Part shown: positions 21,300 through 30,927 of the stretch, in pieces
Layout: each line of letters begins with the position of its first letter
Position numbering within the stretch: the stretch's first letter is position 1
Source of the DNA: Blastocatellia bacterium
GTDB taxonomy: Bacteria > Acidobacteriota > Blastocatellia > UBA7656
Length of the DNA stretch: 64,000 bases
Assembly: GCA_963765495.1 (NCBI GenBank)
Contig: CAVXWP010000003.1
Span: forward strand, 1-64,000
Direction of reading: 5' to 3'
The notes under the pieces: model-generated
What the model was told of the DNA's origin: nothing
The model's database searches: none
Seen by the model: only the letters and a program-made list of their open reading frames with translations
Made by a program: the position numbers and the translations under genes

Positions 21300-21677
21300 T
21301 TATGCAAGTGGTGGCGCGCGATCTGAGAGTATAAGAGTTGGCCCGCGCGTGCGAGGCAAAGCCAGGTAAATCTCAGAGCACGCATACTGGGGCGTCAACT
21401 CGATTATGAGAACAGAAGTGGGCCTGGTTGACGAGAAGACACGCTGTAATTGACATAACTGGCATTGCTGGTGATCGCCTGATTTTGGCCCTTCGGGTGA
21501 GTGCCCATCACCATCGGCTCTCAAAGTAGGTATTTGGGAGTCGGCTCTGGAAACCGAGACAGAGTGATGGTGGGTGATGGTAACCGCAAGCGCATGGAGA
21601 ATAAGACCGAGCATCAGCAACGGTATTATTCTCGATCTGTGTATAAGCTGGGTTGTTTGCTTTCCGCATATTGTCAT
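21300..21677 (-). CDS. DUF2946/CruR-like leader protein
   Basis: TM segment, HHHS, CQLC, C-terminal RAPP; located 210 bp upstream of the receptor gene. Confidence 0.8.
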   Translation of the reverse strand: MTICGKQTTQLIHRSRIIPLLMLGLILHALAVTITHHHSVSVSRADSQIPTLRADGDGHSPEGPKSGDHQQCQLCQLQRVFSSTRPTSVLIIELTPQYACSEIYLALPRTRGPTLILSDRAPPLA

Positions 21678-22065
21678 ACCGGAAGCCCCTCTAGCTTAAG
21701 AAATAGAGGTACAATTGTGCATTGCGTGGGTTGGCACTGTCAACAACAATCAAGAGATCAAAAGAGATGCATCACAGGAGAATCATCTATGCGACCAACA
21801 CATAATTAGGACACTACTCCAGTGCTCGCTCCAGCCGGAACTATGAGAAGGTCAATTGTCCGGCTCGACAGCGTTGCACGATTAATCCCCGGATGTCGAA
21901 AGGGTAACGCATACAGGACTGCTAAATTATCGCGCGGCGGTTAATCGCGGCAGCTCGGAATTGAGATCAGTGATGAGTACAAACGCCTCTCTGGCCCCTT
22001 CTCATGGTCCGACCGCCGTGCCGCCGGGCAGACTGAAGCCGCCGCGCTGAAAATCGCTCAACGCT

Positions 22066-22359
22066 TCAGCGCGTAACACGTGGCTGAGTATTCGGCAGAA
22101 GCCTGGCCTGCATACCGGAACCGGAGTTATTGGATTCTTCTACGTCGCCATAAGCCTGTCTCACAGTAGGCGAATCCGAACAACCATCAGATTGCTGCGT
22201 CGCGATTAACTCCGCAGTTGAGCGGCGATCCATCCGTGCTTGATGAACTTCGGCAATCGAGTGTTTCAGCGCCAGCCAAAAGCTGGAAATGACTAGAATC
22301 GCGTACACGCCTGGAATGAATGCGATTGATGAGAATTGGAAAACTCGCCAAAGATTCAT
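22066..22359 (-). CDS. Small single-TM hypothetical protein
   Basis: MNLWRVFQFSSIAFIPGVYAILV resembles MRIWEVFKFLTLAFVLAGYGLLA of ORF 13422-13667. Confidence 0.5.
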   Translation of the reverse strand: MNLWRVFQFSSIAFIPGVYAILVISSFWLALKHSIAEVHQARMDRRSTAELIATQQSDGCSDSPTVRQAYGDVEESNNSGSGMQARLLPNTQPRVTR

Positions 22360-22552
22360 ACGTGTAGAGCCCCGCTCAAGCTGGTCGCTTACTTGATTGT
22401 TATCCACTCTTCTGACAGTCGGGCTGAAAATGGATGCTATTTCAATGTCACCTATATCACCATTCAGTTCGTATGATCTTCGGTTGTTATACCCACACTA
22501 CAATATTCCCGATGACCGCATCACAAGCGACTGATCCGGGCGAGTCTTATTC

Positions 22553-23923
22553 TCATAGGAGAGAGAATTTGAATTCGAGAAAGAGACGCACGCTTACTGC
22601 ATGACCATCCTTCTGTGCCGGCACAAATCGCAACTGACGGGCCGCTTCAACGGCCTTCTCATCGAGACCGTAGCCGAGTCCGCGCGCCACCTTAACCTCC
22701 GACACTGTGCCATCCGCTTTCAGCAACACGGAGACTTTGACCGAACCCTCAATCTGATTGCGCCGGGCCTCGTCGGTGTAATCCGGGGTCGGGCGTCCTA
22801 GTATTTGCGGTCGAACCGTAACATTTCCTATGGAAAAAATGCCGTTGTAATCTACGCTCTCACCTGCACCGGCCCCCGGACCACTGCCGCTGCCGACGCC
22901 TGTGCCACGTCCGGTTCCCGCTCCGACGCCTGTGCCGCCCCCGCTCCCACCCGATACTCCAGCCGTTGTTGCACCTGGAACTCCTGCCGCATCCGCCGTT
23001 GCCGCGGCTGTGGCAAGCTCAGCCTGCGCGTCAGGCTTGGACTGTATCTGATCGAGCGGGAGCGGTTCCAGCCTTGGCTTGACCACCTGGGGCATCGGTT
23101 GCTCGGCCGGCTGCTTCGGCAAGGCCAATCTATCGCCGCCGCCTGCTTGCTTGACCGGCGGGGGCGGTTTCACCGCGATCGCCGGCTGCAGCGTGATGAG
23201 AGTAACATCCATCTGCTTTTTTGATTCGACGCTTGAACGGTTTCGGTGGCTGGTATAGTAAAAACCGTAGATTATTGAGAGCGCCACTGCGTAAACCATC
23301 ATAGCAACGATCAGCCCCGCGCCTACCCGCTTCTGTCTTTCTCTGGGGATCGCGCCCCCTGCGGCCAGTGCTTTAATGAACGCAACGGGGTCGGACGCAA
23401 AAGTTCGAGCTGTCGCTGTCACCTCTCGCGCAAGCCTCACTGGAAACGGCGGCGCGCCGGTCCCTCTGAGAAACGCTAAATCAGCGTAAGCCTGTTCGCC
23501 GGTTGCAGCGTCTTGCTCAAACCCGGATCGTTTATGAGTGTTCGAGCCCCTTGCAATCTGGCTGAAAGCAAATCGCGCCGCCTTGAGCAACCGCGCTGGC
23601 AGAGCTTCTTCGGTTGCGGTGAAAAGGAAGCCAAAGCGGCTGACGACCTCTGCTGGCTCTGATGGTGACTCGGCATGATCGACTGAAAATAATTCACTCG
23701 CTTCCTGGCATATACTTCTTATCAGAGAAGGATATGATGGCAGGCTCGAAAACAGACCATCGGGGTTGTCGTCGCTGCTCTGCGTTCTCAGGCACGACAA
23801 ACTCTGGGTTGCAGCGAAACACCTTACTTTTTCAAGCGCATTGCCGACGCGGTCTGAAAGCTCATGGGCAATTCTTACGAGCAGGGGCTGCGCACTGTTG
23901 ATCATCACTGCATCGAAGTTCAT
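22553..23923 (-). CDS. TonB-family energy transducer (long cytoplasmic N-terminus, TM, Pro/Gly linker, TonB-C)
   Basis: PDYTDEARRNQIEGSV..GLGYGLDEKAVEAARQLRFVPAQKDG. Confidence 0.88.
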   Translation of the reverse strand: MNFDAVMINSAQPLLVRIAHELSDRVGNALEKVRCFAATQSLSCLRTQSSDDNPDGLFSSLPSYPSLIRSICQEASELFSVDHAESPSEPAEVVSRFGFLFTATEEALPARLLKAARFAFSQIARGSNTHKRSGFEQDAATGEQAYADLAFLRGTGAPPFPVRLAREVTATARTFASDPVAFIKALAAGGAIPRERQKRVGAGLIVAMMVYAVALSIIYGFYYTSHRNRSSVESKKQMDVTLITLQPAIAVKPPPPVKQAGGGDRLALPKQPAEQPMPQVVKPRLEPLPLDQIQSKPDAQAELATAAATADAAGVPGATTAGVSGGSGGGTGVGAGTGRGTGVGSGSGPGAGAGESVDYNGIFSIGNVTVRPQILGRPTPDYTDEARRNQIEGSVKVSVLLKADGTVSEVKVARGLGYGLDEKAVEAARQLRFVPAQKDGHAVSVRLFLEFKFSLL

Positions 23924-24031
23924 GGTTCCTCTACTTCTCGAATTCGTTTTATTCAGGGCCCGATTCTGCGCCTGGTTTTTCTGCTACTACCGCAATCGCA
24001 ACTCTGCTCTTCGTTGAGTAAATACAATTGC

Positions 24032-25003
24032 TCATCTCACCCCGGAGTAGTAGCCGCGCCGGGTGAAGGCTTTCAAGTTCGGCTGTTTCATCTCGATCGT
24101 AAGCTTATGAAAGCTGCGGTCTGAAGGTGCGGCCTGAAACTGATAGCCTACCGAATACTGGCTGCGCAACTCGTCTTGCAATTTCGTAAAGAAGCCCGCG
24201 AGCTGGTTCTCATCCCCATTAAGGTGAAACTGGCGTCCGCCGGTTGCCTCCGTCAGCCGGTCGAGCACAGGTTTGCCTCGCAAGTCGCGGACGTTGAGCG
24301 AGCCGTCGCCAGACACCCGAATGGCATAGATGATCACGTTATTTTTGAGGGCCATCTCTATCGCTTGGTCGAGTGACGCGCGGCTCGTGGTATCGTCGCC
24401 GTCGGTGATCAACACGATGACGCGACGGCCTTCTTCGCCTCCCTCCAGCTTGTCGCGCACGGTCTTGTAGACGGCGTCAAAAATAGAAGTGCCGCCTGCT
24501 GCCGTCAGCTTGAGGGCGGCGGCGGCTAATGTGCCCGCATCATCAGTAAAATCCTGAGCCACGTACACGCCTGAATCGAACGCAATCACCGCAGCGCGAT
24601 CTTTGCCGGCTCGCAACACCGAACTGAAAAAATCGCGCGCGGCGGCCTGCGCCTGGCTCAACGCGCTCTCGACGCTACGGCTACGGTCTATGACGAGCGC
24701 AACTGTGAGCGGCTGGTTTGATTCCAGACCGAAGTAACTGATTGGCTGCTCTTTGCCATCATCGAGCACGATGAAATCATCTTTAGTCAGCCCCGAGACG
24801 AAGTGCCCTTTCTCATCACGCACTGCCACATTAGTATTGACCAGAGCGGAATCGAACGTGATCGTGTCGCCATCGTCCTGATTCGTCTTCGCGGCATTAG
24901 ATTGGTTCGTCGGCCTGGCGCTGTTTGAACGGGGCGCAGTCTGAGCCATCGCAAGGCCAGTTATGAATATCGTCAGCGCCAGGATTAGAAATATTCTCTT
25001 CAT
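24032..25003 (-). CDS. VWA-domain protein (acidobacterial VWFA type)
   Basis: MIDAS DRSRS, GGTSIFD, LITDGDD; C-terminal RSQYSVGY..TRRGYY; signal peptide. Confidence 0.92.
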   Translation of the reverse strand: MKRIFLILALTIFITGLAMAQTAPRSNSARPTNQSNAAKTNQDDGDTITFDSALVNTNVAVRDEKGHFVSGLTKDDFIVLDDGKEQPISYFGLESNQPLTVALVIDRSRSVESALSQAQAAARDFFSSVLRAGKDRAAVIAFDSGVYVAQDFTDDAGTLAAAALKLTAAGGTSIFDAVYKTVRDKLEGGEEGRRVIVLITDGDDTTSRASLDQAIEMALKNNVIIYAIRVSGDGSLNVRDLRGKPVLDRLTEATGGRQFHLNGDENQLAGFFTKLQDELRSQYSVGYQFQAAPSDRSFHKLTIEMKQPNLKAFTRRGYYSGVR

Positions 25004-25018
25004 CTTTTCACCCCGCTT

Positions 25019-25921
25019 TCACTTTTCCGAAGCCGCTACGCGACGGGTCACTTGATCGATGAAGCCATCTGCCACCCCACTCAAACCGTCGCGAGGTGAA
25101 AGCGGGCCGAGCAAGCTTGATCCATCCGATTGCCCTGAGATTATCTGTCGCCCAACTTCTTCTCCCGTGCTCTTTTCGTAATAGCGCAAGCGGACGGTGA
25201 GTATAGACTTGCCGAGGTCGAGCGGCAGCGCCCGCATCCAGCGGCTCCCTTTCGCGTAATCGAGCACCTCGATGACAACGACCATTGTTTTATCAGCGGC
25301 GGCTCGTTGCCCTGCGTCTTCGCCGAGCGCTCTGCGTTTGTCGCGCGCGATCATGTCATCAAAGCTTCCTATCGGCGCGTCAAGAGATTCACCTCTGTCT
25401 ACATCATTCGATTTATCTGATGGCGCATTGGCCGAAGATTGCTGTTGCTGCCGGCTCGCCGTAGCAGGGTCGTAAGAATCAATCGTGGCGACCGTTTCAA
25501 ACAGTCTACGCGATTCGAATTGAGACTTGAACTTGGCAACCTGCTTGCTTGCCACGTCCTCCTTGAGCGCCTCGCCTACGAGGCTGACCGGTTCTGCGAT
25601 CTCAAGGTGGTGATACTCGGCAAGGTTGCCTTTGAATGGAATGACCGTCGTCACGCGAAACATTCCGCCGAAGAGCAATGTTTTCGCGCTGAAAGTTCCA
25701 TTCTCGCCTTTGTAGCGCTTTAGTGACTGGCGATTCTCTCCGTGCGCGACGGCCGCCCCAGCCATTTTCTGCGCGACTCCTTGCTTGGGTTGACCAGATG
25801 GCGATTGCCTCGCGCTTGCTGCCATCGCAGAGAAAGCGATAGCAGTCAGCAGAAATAAGACCGGCTTGATTCTCTTCGTCATCTTACTTTTGGACATTTG
25901 CACGCGCTTCCTTTGTTTCAT
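25019..25921 (-). CDS. Secreted hypothetical protein, DUF4410-like
   Basis: Signal peptide; VLDYAKGSRWMR..GKSILTVRLR pattern; related to the upstream ORF. Confidence 0.6.
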   Translation of the reverse strand: MKQRKRVQMSKSKMTKRIKPVLFLLTAIAFSAMAASARQSPSGQPKQGVAQKMAGAAVAHGENRQSLKRYKGENGTFSAKTLLFGGMFRVTTVIPFKGNLAEYHHLEIAEPVSLVGEALKEDVASKQVAKFKSQFESRRLFETVATIDSYDPATASRQQQQSSANAPSDKSNDVDRGESLDAPIGSFDDMIARDKRRALGEDAGQRAAADKTMVVVIEVLDYAKGSRWMRALPLDLGKSILTVRLRYYEKSTGEEVGRQIISGQSDGSSLLGPLSPRDGLSGVADGFIDQVTRRVAASEK

Positions 25922-26558
25922 TTGGGCGAGTTGCGCTGCGGCGCACGTAGCGGCCTACTTCCTCTGCCGACTTGCCCACCATTCTTTCAACGTTGCTCGT
26001 GATGCGACTATTTTCGACTGTGATATTCATCTGTCCCAGCACTCGCGCTGTTTGCTTGTCTTTGAGCATTATGCGAACAGTCAAAATGGCGTGGTTGTTG
26101 CCCCGTTCGATAAATCGGAGTTTGGGTATTCCCGGCGTGAAATCATCTATGTAGCCTTCGACAACCAGCGTGGGCTGCAACACGGCAACTGCGATTTCAT
26201 CGCCTGGCTGGTTAGCCTGTTTCCCCTGAAAGTCGTTTGCGCCATCAATCACGGTAATGTGGTCGAAATGATTGAGCGCTTTAATCTGTTTCACTATACC
26301 GGCATTCAATTGCTCGACTGACTGAGCGGATATCTCATCAAGCATCAGGTTGTTTAGTTTGTGGATTTCGATTGCCTTATACTGGCGCAGGTCGTCGGTG
26401 ACCGGCATCAGCTGGTAAGAGCGGACCCGCAGCCCCTGCACTTCGCGGAAGATGCGCGAAGGCACAGAAGTGGCAACGCTACGAACGCTGCACCCTGCGC
26501 CTCCGGCTATCAAGGCGAGAGCGATTGCGGGCAAAAGGATTTTTGCCATCGGTTTCAT
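25884..26558 (-). CDS. DUF4410-like lipoprotein
   Basis: Lipobox-like GAGC; LVVEGYIDDFTPGIPKLRF..AILTVRI. Confidence 0.65.
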   Translation of the reverse strand: MKPMAKILLPAIALALIAGGAGCSVRSVATSVPSRIFREVQGLRVRSYQLMPVTDDLRQYKAIEIHKLNNLMLDEISAQSVEQLNAGIVKQIKALNHFDHITVIDGANDFQGKQANQPGDEIAVAVLQPTLVVEGYIDDFTPGIPKLRFIERGNNHAILTVRIMLKDKQTARVLGQMNITVENSRITSNVERMVGKSAEEVGRYVRRSATRPNETKEARANVQK

Positions 26559-26572
26559 CGTTACTTGGTGAT

Positions 26573-26588
26573 TGCAACGTGTATGCCA
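26573..26588 (-). promoter_or_regulatory. Sigma-54 promoter P2
   Basis: TGGCATACACGTTGCA; IHF-like TTTCAACGAATTA; GTCAAAACTGAC at 26671-26682. Confidence 0.85.
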
Positions 26589-26845
26589 GAATAAGACGCG
26601 CCCGTCTGGCTGCTAATTCGTTGAAATAGAAAGTAATCGAAAAGTGGGTGTTCGGGGACAGGTGTTGAAAGTCAAAACTGACAACGTCATTGACACCAAA
26701 AAAGCGATGGTTATCAGATATTGCTTGCATTGCATTGCGTCGAAACTGAGGGAGCGTGTAGCCTCGTTGGGAGTCGGCGACTATTGCTGGAGGTTGTTAT
26801 CAAATTTTTGCATCGTACCTGGTTTCTATATGTAATCGACTCCCC

Positions 26846-26953
26846 GCGCCATCCACGACCACAGCCGCCGCAAAGACCTCACCTTTGTGAAGCTCAATTG
26901 CGCCGCTTGCACGGATGAAGAAGCTCGGAATAGATCCCAGACAGTTTTCCTGA
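26846..26953 (+). pseudogene. Internally deleted duplicate of the FhlA-like activator gene
   Basis: AIHDHSRRKDLTFVKLNCAA joined to LARMKKLGIDPRQFS*, near-identical in DNA to 36263-36321 and 37111-37158. Confidence 0.92.
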
Positions 26954-27146
26954 CCTGGCGATGCGGAACGCTCCAATCTCGATGCGTCCGCCCATCACGC
27001 TCCCGACCTCATCGCTGCCTGCTGACTCAAATTACCCGAGCGCCAACATCCTTCGGCTGCTAAAAGTGACAACGACAGTTTTGACACCACAGTCACTTTC
27101 CTTGCCACGCTGCATTGCATTTCAACCAGTTACAGCGGTCGCACTT

Positions 27147-27161
27147 TGGCACTCGTATTGC
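27147..27161 (+). promoter_or_regulatory. Sigma-54 promoter P3
   Basis: TGGCACTCGTATTGC; IHF-like TTTCAACCAGTTA; upstream TGACAACGACAGTTTTGACA at 27067-27086. Confidence 0.88.
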
Positions 27162-27297
27162 CCCTCTCAATCCTGAAAAGATTGCTCTGCTGTTTCCGCT
27201 AGTTCGGTCAGCACCTGTGTGTACGCCTGGCTAGGGACAGAAGTGCGCCGCGCGGCTCGAACGACCAGCCGGCACGATCCCAGTTAGGAGGATTCGG

Positions 27298-27825
27298 ATG
27301 CGATATATGCTCTTTTTGACCGTCCTCGTATTGCTCGCAATCCCCGTTGCGGCACCGGCGCAAACCGTTAAAGTCGCTTATGACCACAGCGCCGACTTCA
27401 CCCAATTCAAAACTTACGCCTGGGTCAAAGGCCTGCCGGCGGGCAACCCGCAAATTGACAAGCTTATCGTTGATCAGGTAGACAGGCAGCTCCAGAGCAA
27501 GGGGTTGCAAAAGGTCGCAGGGGCGGCCGACCTCCACGTCACCTACTACGCTTCGCTTGACGTAAACATCAACACCAGCGCGGTCGAATACATGAAGAAC
27601 ACAGATTGGAAGAAATGGGGCGAACAGGCTCAGGTGTACGGGCCGAAGATGGTCGCTATGCCGATAGCCGGGATGGTGCTCGACCTCATCGAAGCTTCAG
27701 CCAACCGGCTGGTCTGGCAAGGGCATGCTAAAGACGCTTATACCCCCAATCTAGCAAGAGTTAAAAAACGCGTGATAAAGGCTGTGGAGAAGCTATTCAA
27801 AAGGTTTCCGCCTCCACCCAGATGA
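27298..27825 (+). CDS. DUF4136-domain protein
   Basis: YDHSADFTQFKTYAW..VLDLIEASANRLVWQG..KLFKRFPP. Confidence 0.88.
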   Translation: MRYMLFLTVLVLLAIPVAAPAQTVKVAYDHSADFTQFKTYAWVKGLPAGNPQIDKLIVDQVDRQLQSKGLQKVAGAADLHVTYYASLDVNINTSAVEYMKNTDWKKWGEQAQVYGPKMVAMPIAGMVLDLIEASANRLVWQGHAKDAYTPNLARVKKRVIKAVEKLFKRFPPPPR

Positions 27826-27895
27826 AGGCTGCCTGCGGCCACACAAGAAAAAGGAATTGTCAGATTCTATTGCCAACTACTGAGAGGAGCAAAGT

Positions 27896-28426
27896 ATGAA
27901 AACGCTGCGTGTCGTTTTTAACTGCGGTATCTTGCTGATGTTGAGCTCGATGACAGCCCTGGCGCAATCGGTACAGACGGACTATGACCGCTCATTCAAT
28001 CTCGCCAGGCTGAAGACCTATGGCTTCTATGAACAGGCGCGCAGGCCCGGCGACCCGCTGGCCGAAAGCCCTTTGAATGACCGCCGCATCCACACTGCCC
28101 TGGACTCCCAACTACAGGCGCAGGGCTTTAGCCCAAGCGGGCAGCCCGACTTTTTGATCACTTACTTTGTGACCACCAGGCAGGGGCTGGACATTCAGGA
28201 TAACCGCTTCCGCATCGGCCCCTTTGATGACGGGACGGGCAGTATCAAGGTGAAGCAGGTGACGGAAGGCACGCTTGTGGTGATTTTTGTTGACCCGTCA
28301 ACACGGCAGGAGGTCTGGCGCGGGATTGCGTCAGGCACGATAAAGGAGAAGAGCCTGCATAAGGATGTCAACAAGAGCATCACCAAACTCGTGCAGCGGT
28401 TCGTCAAGGATCAAGCCGGGAAGTAA
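27896..28426 (+). CDS. DUF4136-domain protein
   Basis: TDYDRSFNLARLKTYGF..TEGTLVVIFVD..VWRGIA. Confidence 0.88.
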   Translation: MKTLRVVFNCGILLMLSSMTALAQSVQTDYDRSFNLARLKTYGFYEQARRPGDPLAESPLNDRRIHTALDSQLQAQGFSPSGQPDFLITYFVTTRQGLDIQDNRFRIGPFDDGTGSIKVKQVTEGTLVVIFVDPSTRQEVWRGIASGTIKEKSLHKDVNKSITKLVQRFVKDQAGK

Positions 28427-28495
28427 ATCGCTCTTTGGCAGACGAACACCTGGGAACACAGAATAATCGAACGTAGCAAGGGAGAGGAACAAACT

Positions 28496-30556
28496 ATGAG
28501 TACACGAAGGGTGATTATCGTTGGCGGAGGGTTTGGCGGCGTGACGCTCGCGCAACACCTCGAGAGGAAACTTTCTCCTGAGGTCGAGATCGTGCTCATC
28601 AGCAGCGAGAACCATTTCGTCTTCACCCCGATGCTTGCCGAAGTGGTCGGCCGTTCCCTCTCCCCGCTGCACATCGTCGTCGCGGGCCGCCAGATGGTGC
28701 GACGTACTACGTGGCTGACCGCGCAGGTCACGGACATCGACTTGCAAGACAGCCTGATCAGTTATGTCGGCGAGGGTGCCGCAAGAGGGTCGCTCACGTA
28801 TGATCATCTGGTGCTGGCCTGCGGCTCTGTCGTCAACATGAATCTGATGCCGGGGCTGGCGGCTTACGCCTACCCGCTCAAGTCGCTCGGCGACGCGATC
28901 TACCTGAGCAATGATCTGATTGCGCGGATGGAAGAGGCCGCTGTGGATACCGACCCGGCGCGGCGAAGGCGGTTGCTCAATATGGTGGTTATCGGCGGAG
29001 GGCTTAGCGGCATAGAAGTGGCCGGCGCGATGGCGGAGATAGCGAGCGAGGCGGGCAGCTACTACCCTACACTCCAGGGTGAGCGGACGCACATCACCCT
29101 GTTGCAACGCGGTGAGTGTTTGATCCCGGAATTGAACGCCCCCTCTCTCTCAAGGTTCGCCTGCCACAAATTGCGCAAAGCCGGCGTTGATGTGCGCCTG
29201 AAGACTGGCGCGCAGGAGATCACGGCGGCGGGCGTGCGGTTGAAGAGCGGGGAATTGATCGAAGCCGCGACGATCGTATCGACCGTCGGAACATCGCCCA
29301 ACCCCCTGATTCAAGAACTCGGCCTGCCGCTTGAGCATGGCCGTCTCATTACCGATCCCGACATGAGGGTGAGAGGCGCGACCAACGTCTGGGCGGTGGG
29401 CGATTGCGCGATCATCCCGAACGCTTTCGATAAGCGGCCCAGCCCGCCCACCGCACAATTCGCTATGCGACAGGCTAGGCAACTCGCTGCGAATCTGGCG
29501 CGCACCTTCAAAGGCCAACCCACCAGGCCATTCTCTTTCAGGGCGCTCGGCATGCTGGCATCGCTTGGCAATCGCACGGCCGTCGCAGAGATACTCGGGA
29601 TACACATCTCAGGATTCATTGCCTGGGTCTTGTGGCGAGCCGTCTATCTGGGCAAGCTCCCCAGCCTGGCGCGGAAGTTGGAGGTCGTGGGCGATTGGAC
29701 ATGGCAGGCGCTGTTTCCGCCCAACATCGTCCAGTTACAAATGTCGCGCACAGACGGCTTGGGAATGGCTCATCACGCCCCTGGCGAGTTCATCTTTCAC
29801 AAGGGTGATCCGGCAGGCCATCTCTTCGCCATCCAATCGGGAACCGCCGGGGTCTATCTGGATGAGTCTTCGCCCCCGGTCACGGTACTTAAGGCTGGCG
29901 ACCATTTCGGCGGAGATGCGTTTTCGCCCGATGGGCAAGGTGCGCATCTGATTTCGGTCAAGGCAGAGACTCCACTCGATTTAATCACCCTCCGCCGCGG
30001 CGATTTCGAACGCCTGGCGCTGTCCTATACGGAGGTGCGTAAGGGGGTACAGCGGGCTTCGGCGGCACTCAAAGGTTATATGGGCTTAATGGCAATGGAG
30101 GAAGACAATCCTGTTCTCGCATCGGTCAAAGTCGCCGACGTGATGACGGCACCCGCCGAGGCTCTGTTCACTGATAGTTCTCTTATGGAAGTTATAGGGC
30201 GCTTCGACGACGGCAAGGTCGGCTTTCCAGTTACGGATGAGGGAGGCATATTGCAGGGCTACTGCGGGAGAGAAGAGTTGTATGAGGTGCTTCGTAAGTT
30301 CTCCCCACCTGATACCAGGGTAAGAGATTTTATGCGGGAGAAGCCCCCCGCAGTCACTGAGAATCAGCCCCTGAAGGGAGGGGTTCTCGCGCTTCTTCTC
30401 GAAGACATTGACTTGTTACCGGTCGTGAGTGCAGATGGCAGTGGCAGACTCGTCGGGGTGTTGAGCCCTCCTGCCATTGCTAAAAAGGCGCTCTCTGATT
30501 CCGCAGTTTTCCGCTCTGACCGGGCGCACCGCGACTTGATCCCGGCGGGCAAATAA
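28496..30556 (+). CDS. Type II NAD(P)H:quinone oxidoreductase fused to cNMP-binding and CBS-pair domains
   Basis: Two Rossmann motifs (GGGFGG, GGGLSG), VWAVGD, AQFAMRQ, FIAWVLWR; then IFHKGD..GDHFG (cNMP) and VADVMT..VRDFM (CBS). Confidence 0.88.
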   Translation: MSTRRVIIVGGGFGGVTLAQHLERKLSPEVEIVLISSENHFVFTPMLAEVVGRSLSPLHIVVAGRQMVRRTTWLTAQVTDIDLQDSLISYVGEGAARGSLTYDHLVLACGSVVNMNLMPGLAAYAYPLKSLGDAIYLSNDLIARMEEAAVDTDPARRRRLLNMVVIGGGLSGIEVAGAMAEIASEAGSYYPTLQGERTHITLLQRGECLIPELNAPSLSRFACHKLRKAGVDVRLKTGAQEITAAGVRLKSGELIEAATIVSTVGTSPNPLIQELGLPLEHGRLITDPDMRVRGATNVWAVGDCAIIPNAFDKRPSPPTAQFAMRQARQLAANLARTFKGQPTRPFSFRALGMLASLGNRTAVAEILGIHISGFIAWVLWRAVYLGKLPSLARKLEVVGDWTWQALFPPNIVQLQMSRTDGLGMAHHAPGEFIFHKGDPAGHLFAIQSGTAGVYLDESSPPVTVLKAGDHFGGDAFSPDGQGAHLISVKAETPLDLITLRRGDFERLALSYTEVRKGVQRASAALKGYMGLMAMEEDNPVLASVKVADVMTAPAEALFTDSSLMEVIGRFDDGKVGFPVTDEGGILQGYCGREELYEVLRKFSPPDTRVRDFMREKPPAVTENQPLKGGVLALLLEDIDLLPVVSADGSGRLVGVLSPPAIAKKALSDSAVFRSDRAHRDLIPAGK

Positions 30557-30585
30557 CACGGCGCATCGGCTACTGATGTAGTAGG

Positions 30586-30747
30586 ATGGGGATTGCGATC
30601 AGCCGGACGATTGTGGAGCCGCACGGGGGACGGTTGCGGGCGACGAACAACGACGGGCGGGGCGCGACCTTCCATTTTACGCCCCCGGATGGTAATGTTG
30701 CGGCAGATGCTCCTGAGGTCTACCAGGTCATCGATCAGTGCGACTGA
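30586..30747 (+). pseudogene. C-terminal HATPase fragment of a sensor histidine kinase
   Basis: MGIAISRTIVEPHGGRLRATNNDGRGATFHFT, i.e. G2 box and terminal strands only. Confidence 0.75.
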
Positions 30748-30927
30748 GGATCCTTTCAGAAGGAGGGGTTTATGCTGCAACACGGAGCGATTCTCCTCAA
30801 TTTCCCGGTCCTCATCTGTCGGCGGATCGGCCTGGCTTACGAGTTAACCCCGAAAACAGTCCTGGTGAACTATGATATGCGCAATGCTACCGTATCGGGC
30901 GAGATCATGAGATAAGATTTGGGCGAC

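Noticed and set aside
22860-22990. Repetitive GC-rich tract
   Set aside because: Encodes the Gly-rich linker of the TonB protein and is not an independent repeat.
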